A stretch of 64,000 nt of DNA from an uncultured virus (IMG/VR IMGVR_UViG_3300031414_000017) (lineage: Duplodnaviria > Heunggongvirae > Uroviricota > Caudoviricetes). The translations under genes and the position numbers were made by a program. A model generated the notes under the pieces. It searched no databases. It worked only from the letters and a program-made list of their open reading frames with translations, and was not told where the DNA came from. The stretch lies in IMG/VR virus record IMGVR_UViG_3300031414_000017; one strand, given 5' to 3'. Positions 47,288 to 55,997 of the stretch are shown here, one piece after another; the first letter of the stretch is position 1; each line of letters opens with the position of its first letter.

Positions 47288-47725
47288 ATGGTCGCAAAAA
47301 TTAAAGTAATCAAAACTGAAGAAGTGAAACACGTTGCCAACGGTGTGTTATTGGAACGCCCCCTGACTGACTTCGCTGCCCCGGATGATGTTCAAACTGC
47401 ATTTCGTCGTCTGGTACGGGGTCTGCTCTACTGCGAAAAAGGGGTACCGGATATCTCAGGCATGAACGCCTTTGATGCGTTGATCCGCGTGAAGACCGTC
47501 GATACCGATCGCGTCTGTGGCAATATCATCGACGCTGCAATCACTGTGGCTGAAGGCAAAGTTGTGGTGACAGGTACCTTTGTCCCGGCTGGCCCATTGA
47601 AAGAAATGGCCAAGACTGCCATGGACATCCTCGATGAGCTGCCACTGGCTCCCCGCTTCGTACTCGACTACAACGGCAAAATCGTGTCGGTTGAAACATG
47701 GGACCTGCTGGACTTGCAAGGATGA
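47288..47725 (+). CDS. Prohead-protease-like protein, apparently lacking catalytic residues
   Basis: GLLYCEKGVP...RVKTVDTDRVCGNI...GTFVPAGP...LAPR follows the T4 gp21/phiKZ gp175 pattern (GE.GHP...RVSH...P.G...S.R). Confidence 0.55.
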   Translation: MVAKIKVIKTEEVKHVANGVLLERPLTDFAAPDDVQTAFRRLVRGLLYCEKGVPDISGMNAFDALIRVKTVDTDRVCGNIIDAAITVAEGKVVVTGTFVPAGPLKEMAKTAMDILDELPLAPRFVLDYNGKIVSVETWDLLDLQG

Positions 47726-47925
47726 ATGCACTTCAAATCTGGGGCGTGGTGGTCTACGCCCTTTTCTCCTTTGTAATGGCACTCGCCCTGTTGTCGTTTG
47801 CGCCGCGCTATAAGCCGGGAAGAGTTATTCCGATTATTCTCTTCTACCTTGGCGTGGTAGCGGTATTAACGGCTGGCGGGTATGCATTTGGTGGGTACGT
47901 GTTAAGTGGATTAAGGATGGACTAA
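47722..47925 (+). CDS. Small two-TM membrane protein
   Basis: 67 aa from MNALQIW, two hydrophobic helices; coupled to both neighbours. Confidence 0.7.
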   Translation: MNALQIWGVVVYALFSFVMALALLSFAPRYKPGRVIPIILFYLGVVAVLTAGGYAFGGYVLSGLRMD

Positions 47926-48911
47926 TGGCAGCGATATTAGCATTGACTGGCGGGTTAGATTCAACGTGGTGTTTAAAGCGGATGGTTGATGTGGGAAACG
48001 AATGTGAACCTGCACTGTTTGCCATGGGTAACGGCGGTGCGTCCGTCATTGTCGAGTTCTTGCTGAGCCGCGAAATTACCCGGCGCTTCTACCCGAAACG
48101 CGTTAGCGACATTGTCCATCGTACGTTGGGCATGGAAGCTGTGGGCGGTTACGTGCTGACAAACAAAAATACGCCTACGGCGCGTCTGTTACAGCAAGGT
48201 CGCGTTGTGCAGGGTTTGGCACGACTGGTAACTGAAAGTCAAAGAATACGCGACCCTATCCACTGCGTGGTCGGTTGGCATAAAGACGATGCGGTGGAAA
48301 ACAGCAGCGAGTACGGCGACTGGTCGCTCGAAGACTACGACAAACTCAAGAAGATGTTTGAACTCCTGTGCCATTTCGGTGACACCGGGCGGCGAATCTT
48401 ACCGCTTCAAACGCCGGCTTGGAATGAGTCTAAACGCGACATGTGGTGGAACCTGCCGGACAATGTCCGACCACTGGTAACGATTCACTGGAGCAATCAT
48501 ATCCAGTTCGCCTACTCCAAGAGCCGTCAACAGTTAATGATCTACACCGAACCCGGCAGAACGAGCGCCAAGGGAGGGGAGTATAAAAAGCTCGGCATCG
48601 ACTATACGGCTGCGTGGATTATCGCCGTGGATGAAAGCCTTATCCGCGAGCTGCGTGCACCTGTCATCGCGAAAGACATGAGCTTTGAGGCCATTACCGC
48701 AATCCTGCGTGATAATGAAGATAAATATTTACACCGCGAAAACATCGACCCGGAAAACCGGTTGACGATTGTGCGCTGGTTTACCCACACACGTTGGAGT
48801 GAAGAAGGTGAAAGAATCATCAGCTCGTTTAAAGAAAACACTCAGCAGGGCACTGAAGTTGATCTGGCAGATGCTCAGAAAGCCGAAGGAACAGCCTCGG
48901 CCGGAGCTTGA
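47925..48911 (+). CDS. QueC-like PP-loop ATP pyrophosphatase (divergent)
   Basis: ILALTGGLDST PP-loop; LQTPAWNESKRDMW resembles QueC TPL...K..I; no CxxCxxC zinc site. Confidence 0.65.
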   Translation: MAAILALTGGLDSTWCLKRMVDVGNECEPALFAMGNGGASVIVEFLLSREITRRFYPKRVSDIVHRTLGMEAVGGYVLTNKNTPTARLLQQGRVVQGLARLVTESQRIRDPIHCVVGWHKDDAVENSSEYGDWSLEDYDKLKKMFELLCHFGDTGRRILPLQTPAWNESKRDMWWNLPDNVRPLVTIHWSNHIQFAYSKSRQQLMIYTEPGRTSAKGGEYKKLGIDYTAAWIIAVDESLIRELRAPVIAKDMSFEAITAILRDNEDKYLHRENIDPENRLTIVRWFTHTRWSEEGERIISSFKENTQQGTEVDLADAQKAEGTASAGA

Positions 48912-49353
48912 TACGGTTATCCGCGAATACTTCGACGGGTACGACCGTGACATTCCTGCGCTGGCCGAGTCAATGAACCTGACGGTTCCCGAAATGTACT
49001 TTGCCGTGAAAGACCCACACCTGCGTGGGAACATCAAAGGCTTCGCGAGTCGGGAAGATAAGGCCATTATCAACGAGCGGAACGACTGTATTATCTTTGG
49101 TCGCAATACGGTGCTGCTCAGCATCGCTGGACGGTCACCCCTGCGCTTCGATCATCTCGAAGAAGCCGTGGACTATCTGCGCCGTATCGCAAAACCGGGC
49201 ACCCTGCTTGAGATGTTCCCGTACGACAACACACATCACTCGGCCCTGTTCTCGCTGACGGATGTAAAAGGCGAACAGGTAATGGGCGTATTGTCCGACC
49301 TGTCTAAAATCCAATTCCAGAAGATAATGGAAAGGTTTAAGGGGCTGCGATGA
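48871..49353 (+). CDS. Hypothetical protein
   Basis: ORF ends in an ATGA overlap with hslU; start uncertain. Confidence 0.6.
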   Translation: MLRKPKEQPRPELDTVIREYFDGYDRDIPALAESMNLTVPEMYFAVKDPHLRGNIKGFASREDKAIINERNDCIIFGRNTVLLSIAGRSPLRFDHLEEAVDYLRRIAKPGTLLEMFPYDNTHHSALFSLTDVKGEQVMGVLSDLSKIQFQKIMERFKGLR

Positions 49354-51092
49354 AAATACTGATGAGTCTGCCGGAGATGACACCGTCAGATTTCGTGAAG
49401 CTGTTTGACAAACACGTATACGGGCAAGAGCAGGCCAAGAAGATGCTGGCGATTGCCCTGCGTAACCGCTATCGGACTTCGCTCTTAACCGGGCAAGACC
49501 GCTTTAGCGTGAACAAGCAAAACGTGTTGCTGCACGGGCCGACCGGTACCGGTAAAACGGCGCTGATTCGCGTACTGAGAAAAGACCTCGAATTGCCGGT
49601 GCTGGAGTTCGACATGACCTCCTTTACCGAATCGGGGTACGTGGGTCGCAGCATCGAAGAAATCGGCAAGGAGTTAAGAGAGCTGACCAAAGGCTTGAAG
49701 ATTCCGAACTGGTACCTTCAGGCACACGGTCAACCTGTCAATAACGAACCGGAGAAGAAGTTCACTCGGGCGGAGTTGGAGGAATTGCAAAAGCAAGAGC
49801 TGCTCAGCCGCTTAGGGGAGGAAGACGACCAGCGCAAGCGGTTCAATGAAGCGACTAATGCCCGTATTGAAGAGTTACAAGCAACCGGTGTGCTGGACAT
49901 TGAAAAGCACGGTACGTACCTCAGTGTCTACTTCTACCGTTGCCTGTTACTGGGCCTTTATCGTTCTAACCAAATCGCTGATGTGTCCGGTCTCGACGAG
50001 CTGGCGGCATTGGAAGTGGAGGGTTTGAAGCTGGGTGATGCGTTTAAGGACGCGGCGCGGCTTGCTGAACTCTCCAAGCTCGAAGACACCGACCTTGATG
50101 ACAAAAGCGAGCTGGAACTCGAAGCAGAAGTCAGCGGCATTATGGCGCGACTGATCCGGGCGATGACAATACTCGAAGGGGAGTTCCTCGACTTGGGGCG
50201 GCGTTACATGAACAGTTACCCGGCCATGGCAACGGCCCCACATGAAACATGGGCGCAGTTTGCTGACCAGTTTGAGGAAACCGATGAGCGGTTAGAGCCC
50301 ACAGCGTTCCGTGCGGTTCGTGTGGAAGAACCTGAGTTGTACGCATTGGGTTTACTGCACACGGATATGGAACTGGCAGAGAGCCGATTAACGAACTGCG
50401 ATGATTTCTCGCACTACGTTGATGACGCGCTTTGGGAAATGCCGAACCGTGAAGACTTTACCAAAGAGGCCCTTGCGGAAAAAGAAAAGGGGAACGCACC
50501 TGCTGCAAAGATGCGTATCGATCCTAAGTCGTTTGTGGAAAACTTCGCAGTGGTGTTCTTGGATGAGATTGACAAACTCATTGAAGTGGATGGAAGTCGC
50601 AACCATGTCTCGCGTTCCGGTGTGCAGCGCAGTTTGCTCAAGATGGTAGAAGGTGGGACGTATCACGGTATCGACACCACGAACATTCTGTTTGTGGCAG
50701 CCGGTGCGTTTGCTAGCGCCCCTATCAGTAAACTGATGCCCGAGCTGCAAGGTCGCTTCCCACTGCGGGGTCGTCTGAATGCGCTGGATGCAGATGCATT
50801 TGTCCACATCTGTAAGATGACCGGCAGTGAGTTCCAAGGTCATATCGCGTTGATGCGCACTGAGAATGTCAAGGTCAAATACGACATGGACACCTATCAG
50901 GTGATTGCAGAGCGCACACTGGCGCAGAACATGGTCGATAACCTCGGTGCCCGTCGTTTGGGTGCTGTGATTAACGCTGTGTTCCAACCGGCGATGTACG
51001 AACCAGAGAAGTACCGTGAGCACGGGTTTGATATCCGTGGTGAAACTTTACGTGCAATGAGTAAACCTGAAGATGGAAAACAAAAACATTAG
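49350..51092 (+). CDS. hslU: HslU/ClpY-like AAA+ ATPase
   Basis: GQEQAKKMLAIALRNRYR, GPTGTGKT, FTESGYVG, VFLDEIDK, GVQRSLL, PELQGRFP and NLGARRL motifs. Confidence 0.9.
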   Translation: MKILMSLPEMTPSDFVKLFDKHVYGQEQAKKMLAIALRNRYRTSLLTGQDRFSVNKQNVLLHGPTGTGKTALIRVLRKDLELPVLEFDMTSFTESGYVGRSIEEIGKELRELTKGLKIPNWYLQAHGQPVNNEPEKKFTRAELEELQKQELLSRLGEEDDQRKRFNEATNARIEELQATGVLDIEKHGTYLSVYFYRCLLLGLYRSNQIADVSGLDELAALEVEGLKLGDAFKDAARLAELSKLEDTDLDDKSELELEAEVSGIMARLIRAMTILEGEFLDLGRRYMNSYPAMATAPHETWAQFADQFEETDERLEPTAFRAVRVEEPELYALGLLHTDMELAESRLTNCDDFSHYVDDALWEMPNREDFTKEALAEKEKGNAPAAKMRIDPKSFVENFAVVFLDEIDKLIEVDGSRNHVSRSGVQRSLLKMVEGGTYHGIDTTNILFVAAGAFASAPISKLMPELQGRFPLRGRLNALDADAFVHICKMTGSEFQGHIALMRTENVKVKYDMDTYQVIAERTLAQNMVDNLGARRLGAVINAVFQPAMYEPEKYREHGFDIRGETLRAMSKPEDGKQKH

Positions 51093-51396
51093 CGACAAAG
51101 ATGCAATGGCGTTACTGGAAGAGGGGTTTGAGTTGCTTCGGGTGAATGCCGAGAAAGGCAACACTCCCATCTGCGTCTCGTACACCAACGGCGTCGGCTC
51201 CATGGTAACCCCGGACGAGTGGACGCTCAAGTATCTGTTAGGTCGCCCGGGAATGCGTGGAAAAACGATGGTCGTGATGCCGGTACCGGATGAATTTACG
51301 CTACTCATCTTTGAAGTCACGAAAGAAGAGAAGCTGGCGGAGATTATTCATCCGCCGCTTTGTCTTATTAATGAACTCACGGGTCACATGGCGTGA
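51073..51396 (+). CDS. Hypothetical protein
   Basis: 107 aa ORF overlapping the hslU end. Confidence 0.65.
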   Translation: MENKNISDKDAMALLEEGFELLRVNAEKGNTPICVSYTNGVGSMVTPDEWTLKYLLGRPGMRGKTMVVMPVPDEFTLLIFEVTKEEKLAEIIHPPLCLINELTGHMA

Positions 51397-51422
51397 GGAA
51401 ACCTTAACCCTTAGGAGTGTGT

Positions 51423-51803
51423 ATGTCAGCCTTACGAGTATGGACTATTCAGATGGGTCAATGGCGCAAAGCTGTTGATAAAGACATACCCCTCCTGAAT
51501 ATTACAATCAAGTCCGGTGAAGCTATCTTTGCACCGGACTGGGATTTCTTAATGGCGTATAAAGATTCCGACAAAACCCTCGAGGATGAGCGTATCTATA
51601 CTCGAGCCTATGCCGCGAAGATTAATCGCAAGCTAAAAGAGTTCCCGAAAAAGTTCTTAGATATATTTGATAATGATGAGATAGCCTTAGCGTGTTATTG
51701 CCCGGAAGGTAAATTCTGTCATCGTCATCTGTTTGTGAAAGTCTTACAACAGCTCGGTAAGCAACTCGGAAGAGAAGTGACTTACATGGGCGAAATCAAT
51801 TAA
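51423..51803 (+). CDS. DUF488-like protein
   Basis: FAPDWDFL...IALACYCPEGKFCHRH motif; AGGAG RBS. Confidence 0.65.
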   Translation: MSALRVWTIQMGQWRKAVDKDIPLLNITIKSGEAIFAPDWDFLMAYKDSDKTLEDERIYTRAYAAKINRKLKEFPKKFLDIFDNDEIALACYCPEGKFCHRHLFVKVLQQLGKQLGREVTYMGEIN

Positions 51804-51829
51804 TTGCAACACCGTAAGGAGTAATCAGA

Positions 51830-52870
51830 ATGGCTATTGTTGAAGTTGTGCGTGTACCGCTGGTGAAATTACCTGCCGACATGGCATTATCCGCAGAAGC
51901 GCGGGTGCGTTACAACGATGTCTTTTTGCGTAACCAAGAAATGGCAAAAGAATTAAAGGAAAAAGGCCACCCGCTTCAGTGGTATCCAGTTCCCTACATC
52001 CCGGTGATGGGTACTGACGTCGGCCAAGCTCACCTTGCCCTGTTGACACTCAACTGTGTCGAACCCTTCAGCGACGAGGCCAAGGTGCTCTACCGGGCCC
52101 TTGAGCAAACGTACGCGCACGCGGAGATAGAAGGAAACACCACCGAGGTGTGGTTGGGTGAACCGTCAGCGATTATTAAGAAGTACGCCGTGTCGGTGAG
52201 AATGCGCCTGTTGGAATCGCAGGATGACGGTTATAAACGTGTCTTATCCACCCCCGGACATGTGCGCAGGTTTATAAATACGTGGGTGTCGCCGAGCGAC
52301 AACCGTCCTGTGATTCGCATCCCTTACCCACGGCGTAAAGGTCCCCCGTACGACCACCTTACTTCCCGCCGTGAGCAGCAGTACCGGGAGCGGTGGCAAT
52401 ACCTTTACCAAATGGTCAGAGTGAACGGTTACAACGCTGAGCAGTATAACATTGACCTTCGTGCCGACACCGCCCCACTGGTGAACTACGCGATGCGCCT
52501 GACCAAGTCGCTGGCGATACTCGATAAAGACCGTGACGAAGTTATCACCGTCTGCGGTCGCCTCGACAGCGTGTGGCAGATGCTCTCCAATCAAATACCT
52601 GTTGACCTTACCGTCACCGAGTGGGAGGTACCTTGCGTTGAACCCGAACCGGAAGGGCCAGACTACCTGAACGAAATCTTGTCCCCCAACGTCGGTAAGG
52701 CGTGGATGGGCCGTGAACCCTCGGGCTTTGACCGTAACACCCGACGTCCTCAGCGTAACCTGCCTGTGTTAACCATTGAACTCCCCGACGGTAAAGAGCC
52801 TACCGGCATCCGTCATGAAATCGCCCTGCACCTCGAGCAGATTGGCTTTGCTGTTAAATTCAAAAACTAA
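51830..52870 (+). CDS. Hypothetical protein
   Basis: 346 aa, GTAAGGAGTAAT RBS. Confidence 0.8.
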   Translation: MAIVEVVRVPLVKLPADMALSAEARVRYNDVFLRNQEMAKELKEKGHPLQWYPVPYIPVMGTDVGQAHLALLTLNCVEPFSDEAKVLYRALEQTYAHAEIEGNTTEVWLGEPSAIIKKYAVSVRMRLLESQDDGYKRVLSTPGHVRRFINTWVSPSDNRPVIRIPYPRRKGPPYDHLTSRREQQYRERWQYLYQMVRVNGYNAEQYNIDLRADTAPLVNYAMRLTKSLAILDKDRDEVITVCGRLDSVWQMLSNQIPVDLTVTEWEVPCVEPEPEGPDYLNEILSPNVGKAWMGREPSGFDRNTRRPQRNLPVLTIELPDGKEPTGIRHEIALHLEQIGFAVKFKN

Positions 52871-52883
52871 GTAAGGATTAATC

Positions 52884-53198
52884 ATGAAAACTGAACAGAT
52901 TAGCAAAATTGAAGAAGTTATCGACACTGCGTTAGAAACTGCTAACCGTCCCGCCTCAGCGGCCGGTGTTGTCTTTCAACGCATGGGTGGGAATCTGGAA
53001 ACCCGCATCCCGCCGAAAATCATTGTGCGTTCTGAGCAACCGCTGACCCACGACGAAGCCAGTCGTGTTGCTGAAGCGTTGGAGCTTGAAGGCTTTACGT
53101 GGGAAATCGCTGGTGCGACCCCTAACCCTATCGAAGTGTCGGAGAACGTGATTCGTCGTTCGAAGTCAGTTCCCCGTGTTAAACGAGGTGCGAAATGA
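52884..53198 (+). CDS. Hypothetical protein
   Basis: 104 aa, TAAGGA RBS. Confidence 0.75.
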   Translation: MKTEQISKIEEVIDTALETANRPASAAGVVFQRMGGNLETRIPPKIIVRSEQPLTHDEASRVAEALELEGFTWEIAGATPNPIEVSENVIRRSKSVPRVKRGAK

Positions 53199-53722
53199 AC
53201 ACCGCGCAGTTAAACTGTTTTACCAAACGTGAACGTACCGAACTGATTCGCATCACCCGCGGTCAGCAGGTCAACGACAGCTTCAACATCGACCCCAAGA
53301 AGCTTGCTATTGCCAAACACTTCCCGGAAGTGGAGTGGGACATTGAGTTCTTCCGGCTGCAGGCGTTTACCAATGCGCTGACGCAGATGGGGAATTACAA
53401 CAGTGCTAAGGTACCGGCGTGGACGTGGCATATTCGCCACACCCCGTCGTCTATCTGTGAGCGTCTGTCGGGTGAGATGGTTAACGTCAAACCGATTGCG
53501 CATCCGCGTTACATGGATCAGTTCGTCGAGCTCATTGCCAAGACGCCACTCGCTTCAATCGATGCCTACTGTGACATCATTAAAGAGATTGGCCATCCGA
53601 ACATTAAGTGTATCGGGTCGGACACGGCAGACAAGAACGGGCACTTCACACGCCTGTCTTGGATTGCAGGGCCGTTTGATAATGAGAACATCCTTTATCT
53701 GGATCGGAACCGTCACAAATGA
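53195..53722 (+). CDS. Hypothetical protein
   Basis: 175 aa, GAGG RBS, ATGA overlap. Confidence 0.75.
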   Translation: MNTAQLNCFTKRERTELIRITRGQQVNDSFNIDPKKLAIAKHFPEVEWDIEFFRLQAFTNALTQMGNYNSAKVPAWTWHIRHTPSSICERLSGEMVNVKPIAHPRYMDQFVELIAKTPLASIDAYCDIIKEIGHPNIKCIGSDTADKNGHFTRLSWIAGPFDNENILYLDRNRHK

Positions 53723-54018
53723 AACCGCTTGAGAAAACGCAGAAGGAGATTCTCGACCATCTGCTCGGCGGTGGGAATATAGAAGACACGCGGGAGTGGG
53801 CTGATGCACTCCTGTTGTCTTTGATTCCTGCCCGCAGTCACCACTACGAAATTGCGGTCTTAGGTAACGAATATTGTTTTCGCACCCGAGACCGTGAATA
53901 CGAAATCCAACGCGTCCCCGCTACAGTCGGTGGGGTACTGCTGTTGGCTTCTAACCAATTAACCTTCATCGAGGCGGCATTGAACTATTACGCCACCGGT
54001 GGCCACAAGGGGTTCTGA
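53719..54018 (+). CDS. Hypothetical protein
   Basis: 99 aa, ATGA overlap. Confidence 0.65.
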   Translation: MKPLEKTQKEILDHLLGGGNIEDTREWADALLLSLIPARSHHYEIAVLGNEYCFRTRDREYEIQRVPATVGGVLLLASNQLTFIEAALNYYATGGHKGF

Positions 54019-54245
54019 TGACTTATGACCCACTCAAACCCACGAACAACCCCATCATGTTAATCGTGGGGATTGTCATTGGGTTATTGCAGTTGATTTG
54101 GATGATGATTCGTTACCCGGTCGATCGCAAGAAAGGTTACAACGCGATTCGTGACCAGCTGATTGAGCGCTGTGTTAATGCGGAAGTGGAACGCGACAGG
54201 TTGCGCATCGAGGTTGATGTGTTAAAGAAAGAACTTGGGAGGTAG
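54018..54245 (+). CDS. Single-TM protein with a short coiled coil
   Basis: IMLIVGIVIGLLQLIWMMI helix; TGATG coupling. Confidence 0.7.
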   Translation: MTYDPLKPTNNPIMLIVGIVIGLLQLIWMMIRYPVDRKKGYNAIRDQLIERCVNAEVERDRLRIEVDVLKKELGR

Positions 54246-54248
54246 GTT

Positions 54249-54587
54249 ATGCTCGGTTGGTTCCGCCGTTATTCACGGTTAAAGCAGGAGAACGCCGAGC
54301 TAAAACAAGAGCTCGATATGGAGCAGGAAATAGTCGCTGCTCTGGAAGAAAACGTCGCCACGTACGAGGTGCTTGTTGCTGAACAACGCAAGAGCCTTGA
54401 CCAACACCGACTCAATCTCAAACTGTCGGAAGATACAATGGACTTGGTACTGACCCATCTCGCACTGGCAGTGTATTACAAGCGTGACCCGCTGGAAGCT
54501 ATCGGAGGCATCTTTAAATCTATGTCACCCGAGACCTGTGCCCGGGTAGCAAAACTAATCGTCACCGGAAGGAGTAATAAATGTTAA
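54249..54587 (+). CDS. Coiled-coil hypothetical protein
   Basis: 112 aa, GGAGG RBS. Confidence 0.7.
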   Translation: MLGWFRRYSRLKQENAELKQELDMEQEIVAALEENVATYEVLVAEQRKSLDQHRLNLKLSEDTMDLVLTHLALAVYYKRDPLEAIGGIFKSMSPETCARVAKLIVTGRSNKC

Positions 54588-54805
54588 AGCCACGTAAGAC
54601 CCGTAAGAACCGCGCGCAGATGACGTTCCGTAACGACGGTACGGCAGCGTACTATTCCCCAAACCGTAAACCACTGACGTTGAGCGAAGAAAACTTCGCA
54701 ACGGTTGCACAAATCAAGTTTCGTAATCCTGCAAATATCTGGTACGGTATGCGCGCGATGCAAGCACACATTGAGCGCAAGGAGGCACAAAATGCTGAAG
54801 CCTAA
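54581..54805 (+). CDS. Small basic protein
   Basis: 74 aa, AAGGAGTAAT RBS. Confidence 0.7.
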   Translation: MLKPRKTRKNRAQMTFRNDGTAAYYSPNRKPLTLSEENFATVAQIKFRNPANIWYGMRAMQAHIERKEAQNAEA

Positions 54806-55955
54806 GAAACGCAAAGCCCGCACACAAGTCGCGATGCGTGGACACGAGTTTGTGGTGTATGCCCCACACGTAAAAGCGCGTGTTGTGTCAAACGATGAAG
54901 TTCGTGAGCGGATGATGATAGGTTGGGTGATCGGGCGACCGCACAGCAAGCCGCACCTGTCGCGTCAGATTCGTCTTATTGCCCAGCGTCGTTTCTCCAA
55001 AGGGACAATCGGTGTGGTCGGTCTGCACCCAATGTCAAAGAAAGACTGGGACTTTCACTGGCAGTGGAAAGACATGATGCACACACTGAAGGCCAGCCAG
55101 TCGGCGCAGGTGCAACAGAGTGGAATGCTTGACCCATTGAACGAACCGTGGCAGCCAGAGTTTTTCGCTGGTATATCCCACCTGTCCCGCAAAATGGGTT
55201 TAATGGATCTTGTGATAGGCACTGACCCGGGCAGACCAGAAGGTGATGCCAGTGCCACTGTGCTCAAAGGTCGTATTCCGGGTTTGTTCTCTCACTCTCT
55301 CGCTCGCACGTTCGCCTCGTCCGGTAAATCAGACTGGCAGTTGCACCAAGCAATGAAAGTCGGCCCGGAAGCTGTGAAGCAGTTACTGGAAGCGCGTCTT
55401 GCTAATATGCCAGACATCGAGGCACTCCCAAATCCAAAGACGCGACTCACCATGCGCGATTTACCTGAAGGTAGACTGCAGATGAAGAAAGAGTTCGCCT
55501 TCACTAACCCCGCTCGCGAGCAGGGCGGCTTCTCACTCACGCTCGGTGGCAATGCTCCCATCGGTGTGCAGCTCCGACAACCGCATTTTTACCTCATTAA
55601 CGAAGAGCTGCGTAATGTTGACCCGCATGCTTCTGATTTAACGGCCGAGCAGAAAGCGGCCATCATTGAAGAAGCCAAAAACAACCCGGTCTACTTCATG
55701 AGTATCCTATGGAAACCAGCACCGGACGGGAGCAGAAGCACGCCCTTCACGGACGCTGAAAAGCAAGAGATTCTGCTGCGTCACGAATACGACCAGAAGC
55801 GTCACGTCCCGGACACCACAACGAAGCACTACTTCGACACGATACCGTCGGATGAAGTGTTTGCTTTCCCGGGTCGCGGCATGACACCGTTTACCCCGAA
55901 GTATGACCCTGACCATCTAAACCTACCTCTCGGTACGAATCTCGAAGACGAATAA
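54792..55955 (+). CDS. Mosaic hypothetical protein containing a large-terminase-like segment
   Basis: Start MLKPKKRK with AAGGAGG RBS; internal LINEELRNVDPHASDLTAEQKAAIIEEAKNNPVYF. Confidence 0.7.
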   Translation: MLKPKKRKARTQVAMRGHEFVVYAPHVKARVVSNDEVRERMMIGWVIGRPHSKPHLSRQIRLIAQRRFSKGTIGVVGLHPMSKKDWDFHWQWKDMMHTLKASQSAQVQQSGMLDPLNEPWQPEFFAGISHLSRKMGLMDLVIGTDPGRPEGDASATVLKGRIPGLFSHSLARTFASSGKSDWQLHQAMKVGPEAVKQLLEARLANMPDIEALPNPKTRLTMRDLPEGRLQMKKEFAFTNPAREQGGFSLTLGGNAPIGVQLRQPHFYLINEELRNVDPHASDLTAEQKAAIIEEAKNNPVYFMSILWKPAPDGSRSTPFTDAEKQEILLRHEYDQKRHVPDTTTKHYFDTIPSDEVFAFPGRGMTPFTPKYDPDHLNLPLGTNLEDE

Positions 55956-55964
55956 AAAAGAAGT

Positions 55965-55997
55965 GGTAGCCTTCGGGCTACCCTCTTTTATTTTTTG
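55965..55997 (+). terminator. Rho-independent terminator
   Basis: GGTAGCC-TTCG-GGCTACC followed by a T-tract. Confidence 0.85.

Noticed and set aside
47925..48911. 7-deazaguanine DNA modification cluster
   Set aside because: Only a divergent QueC-like gene is present; no dpdA, folE, queD or queE in the window.
49700..50520. Insert in HslU as an intein
   Set aside because: No C/S start with an HN-C/S/T end and no LAGLIDADG motifs; it lies at the normal I-domain position.
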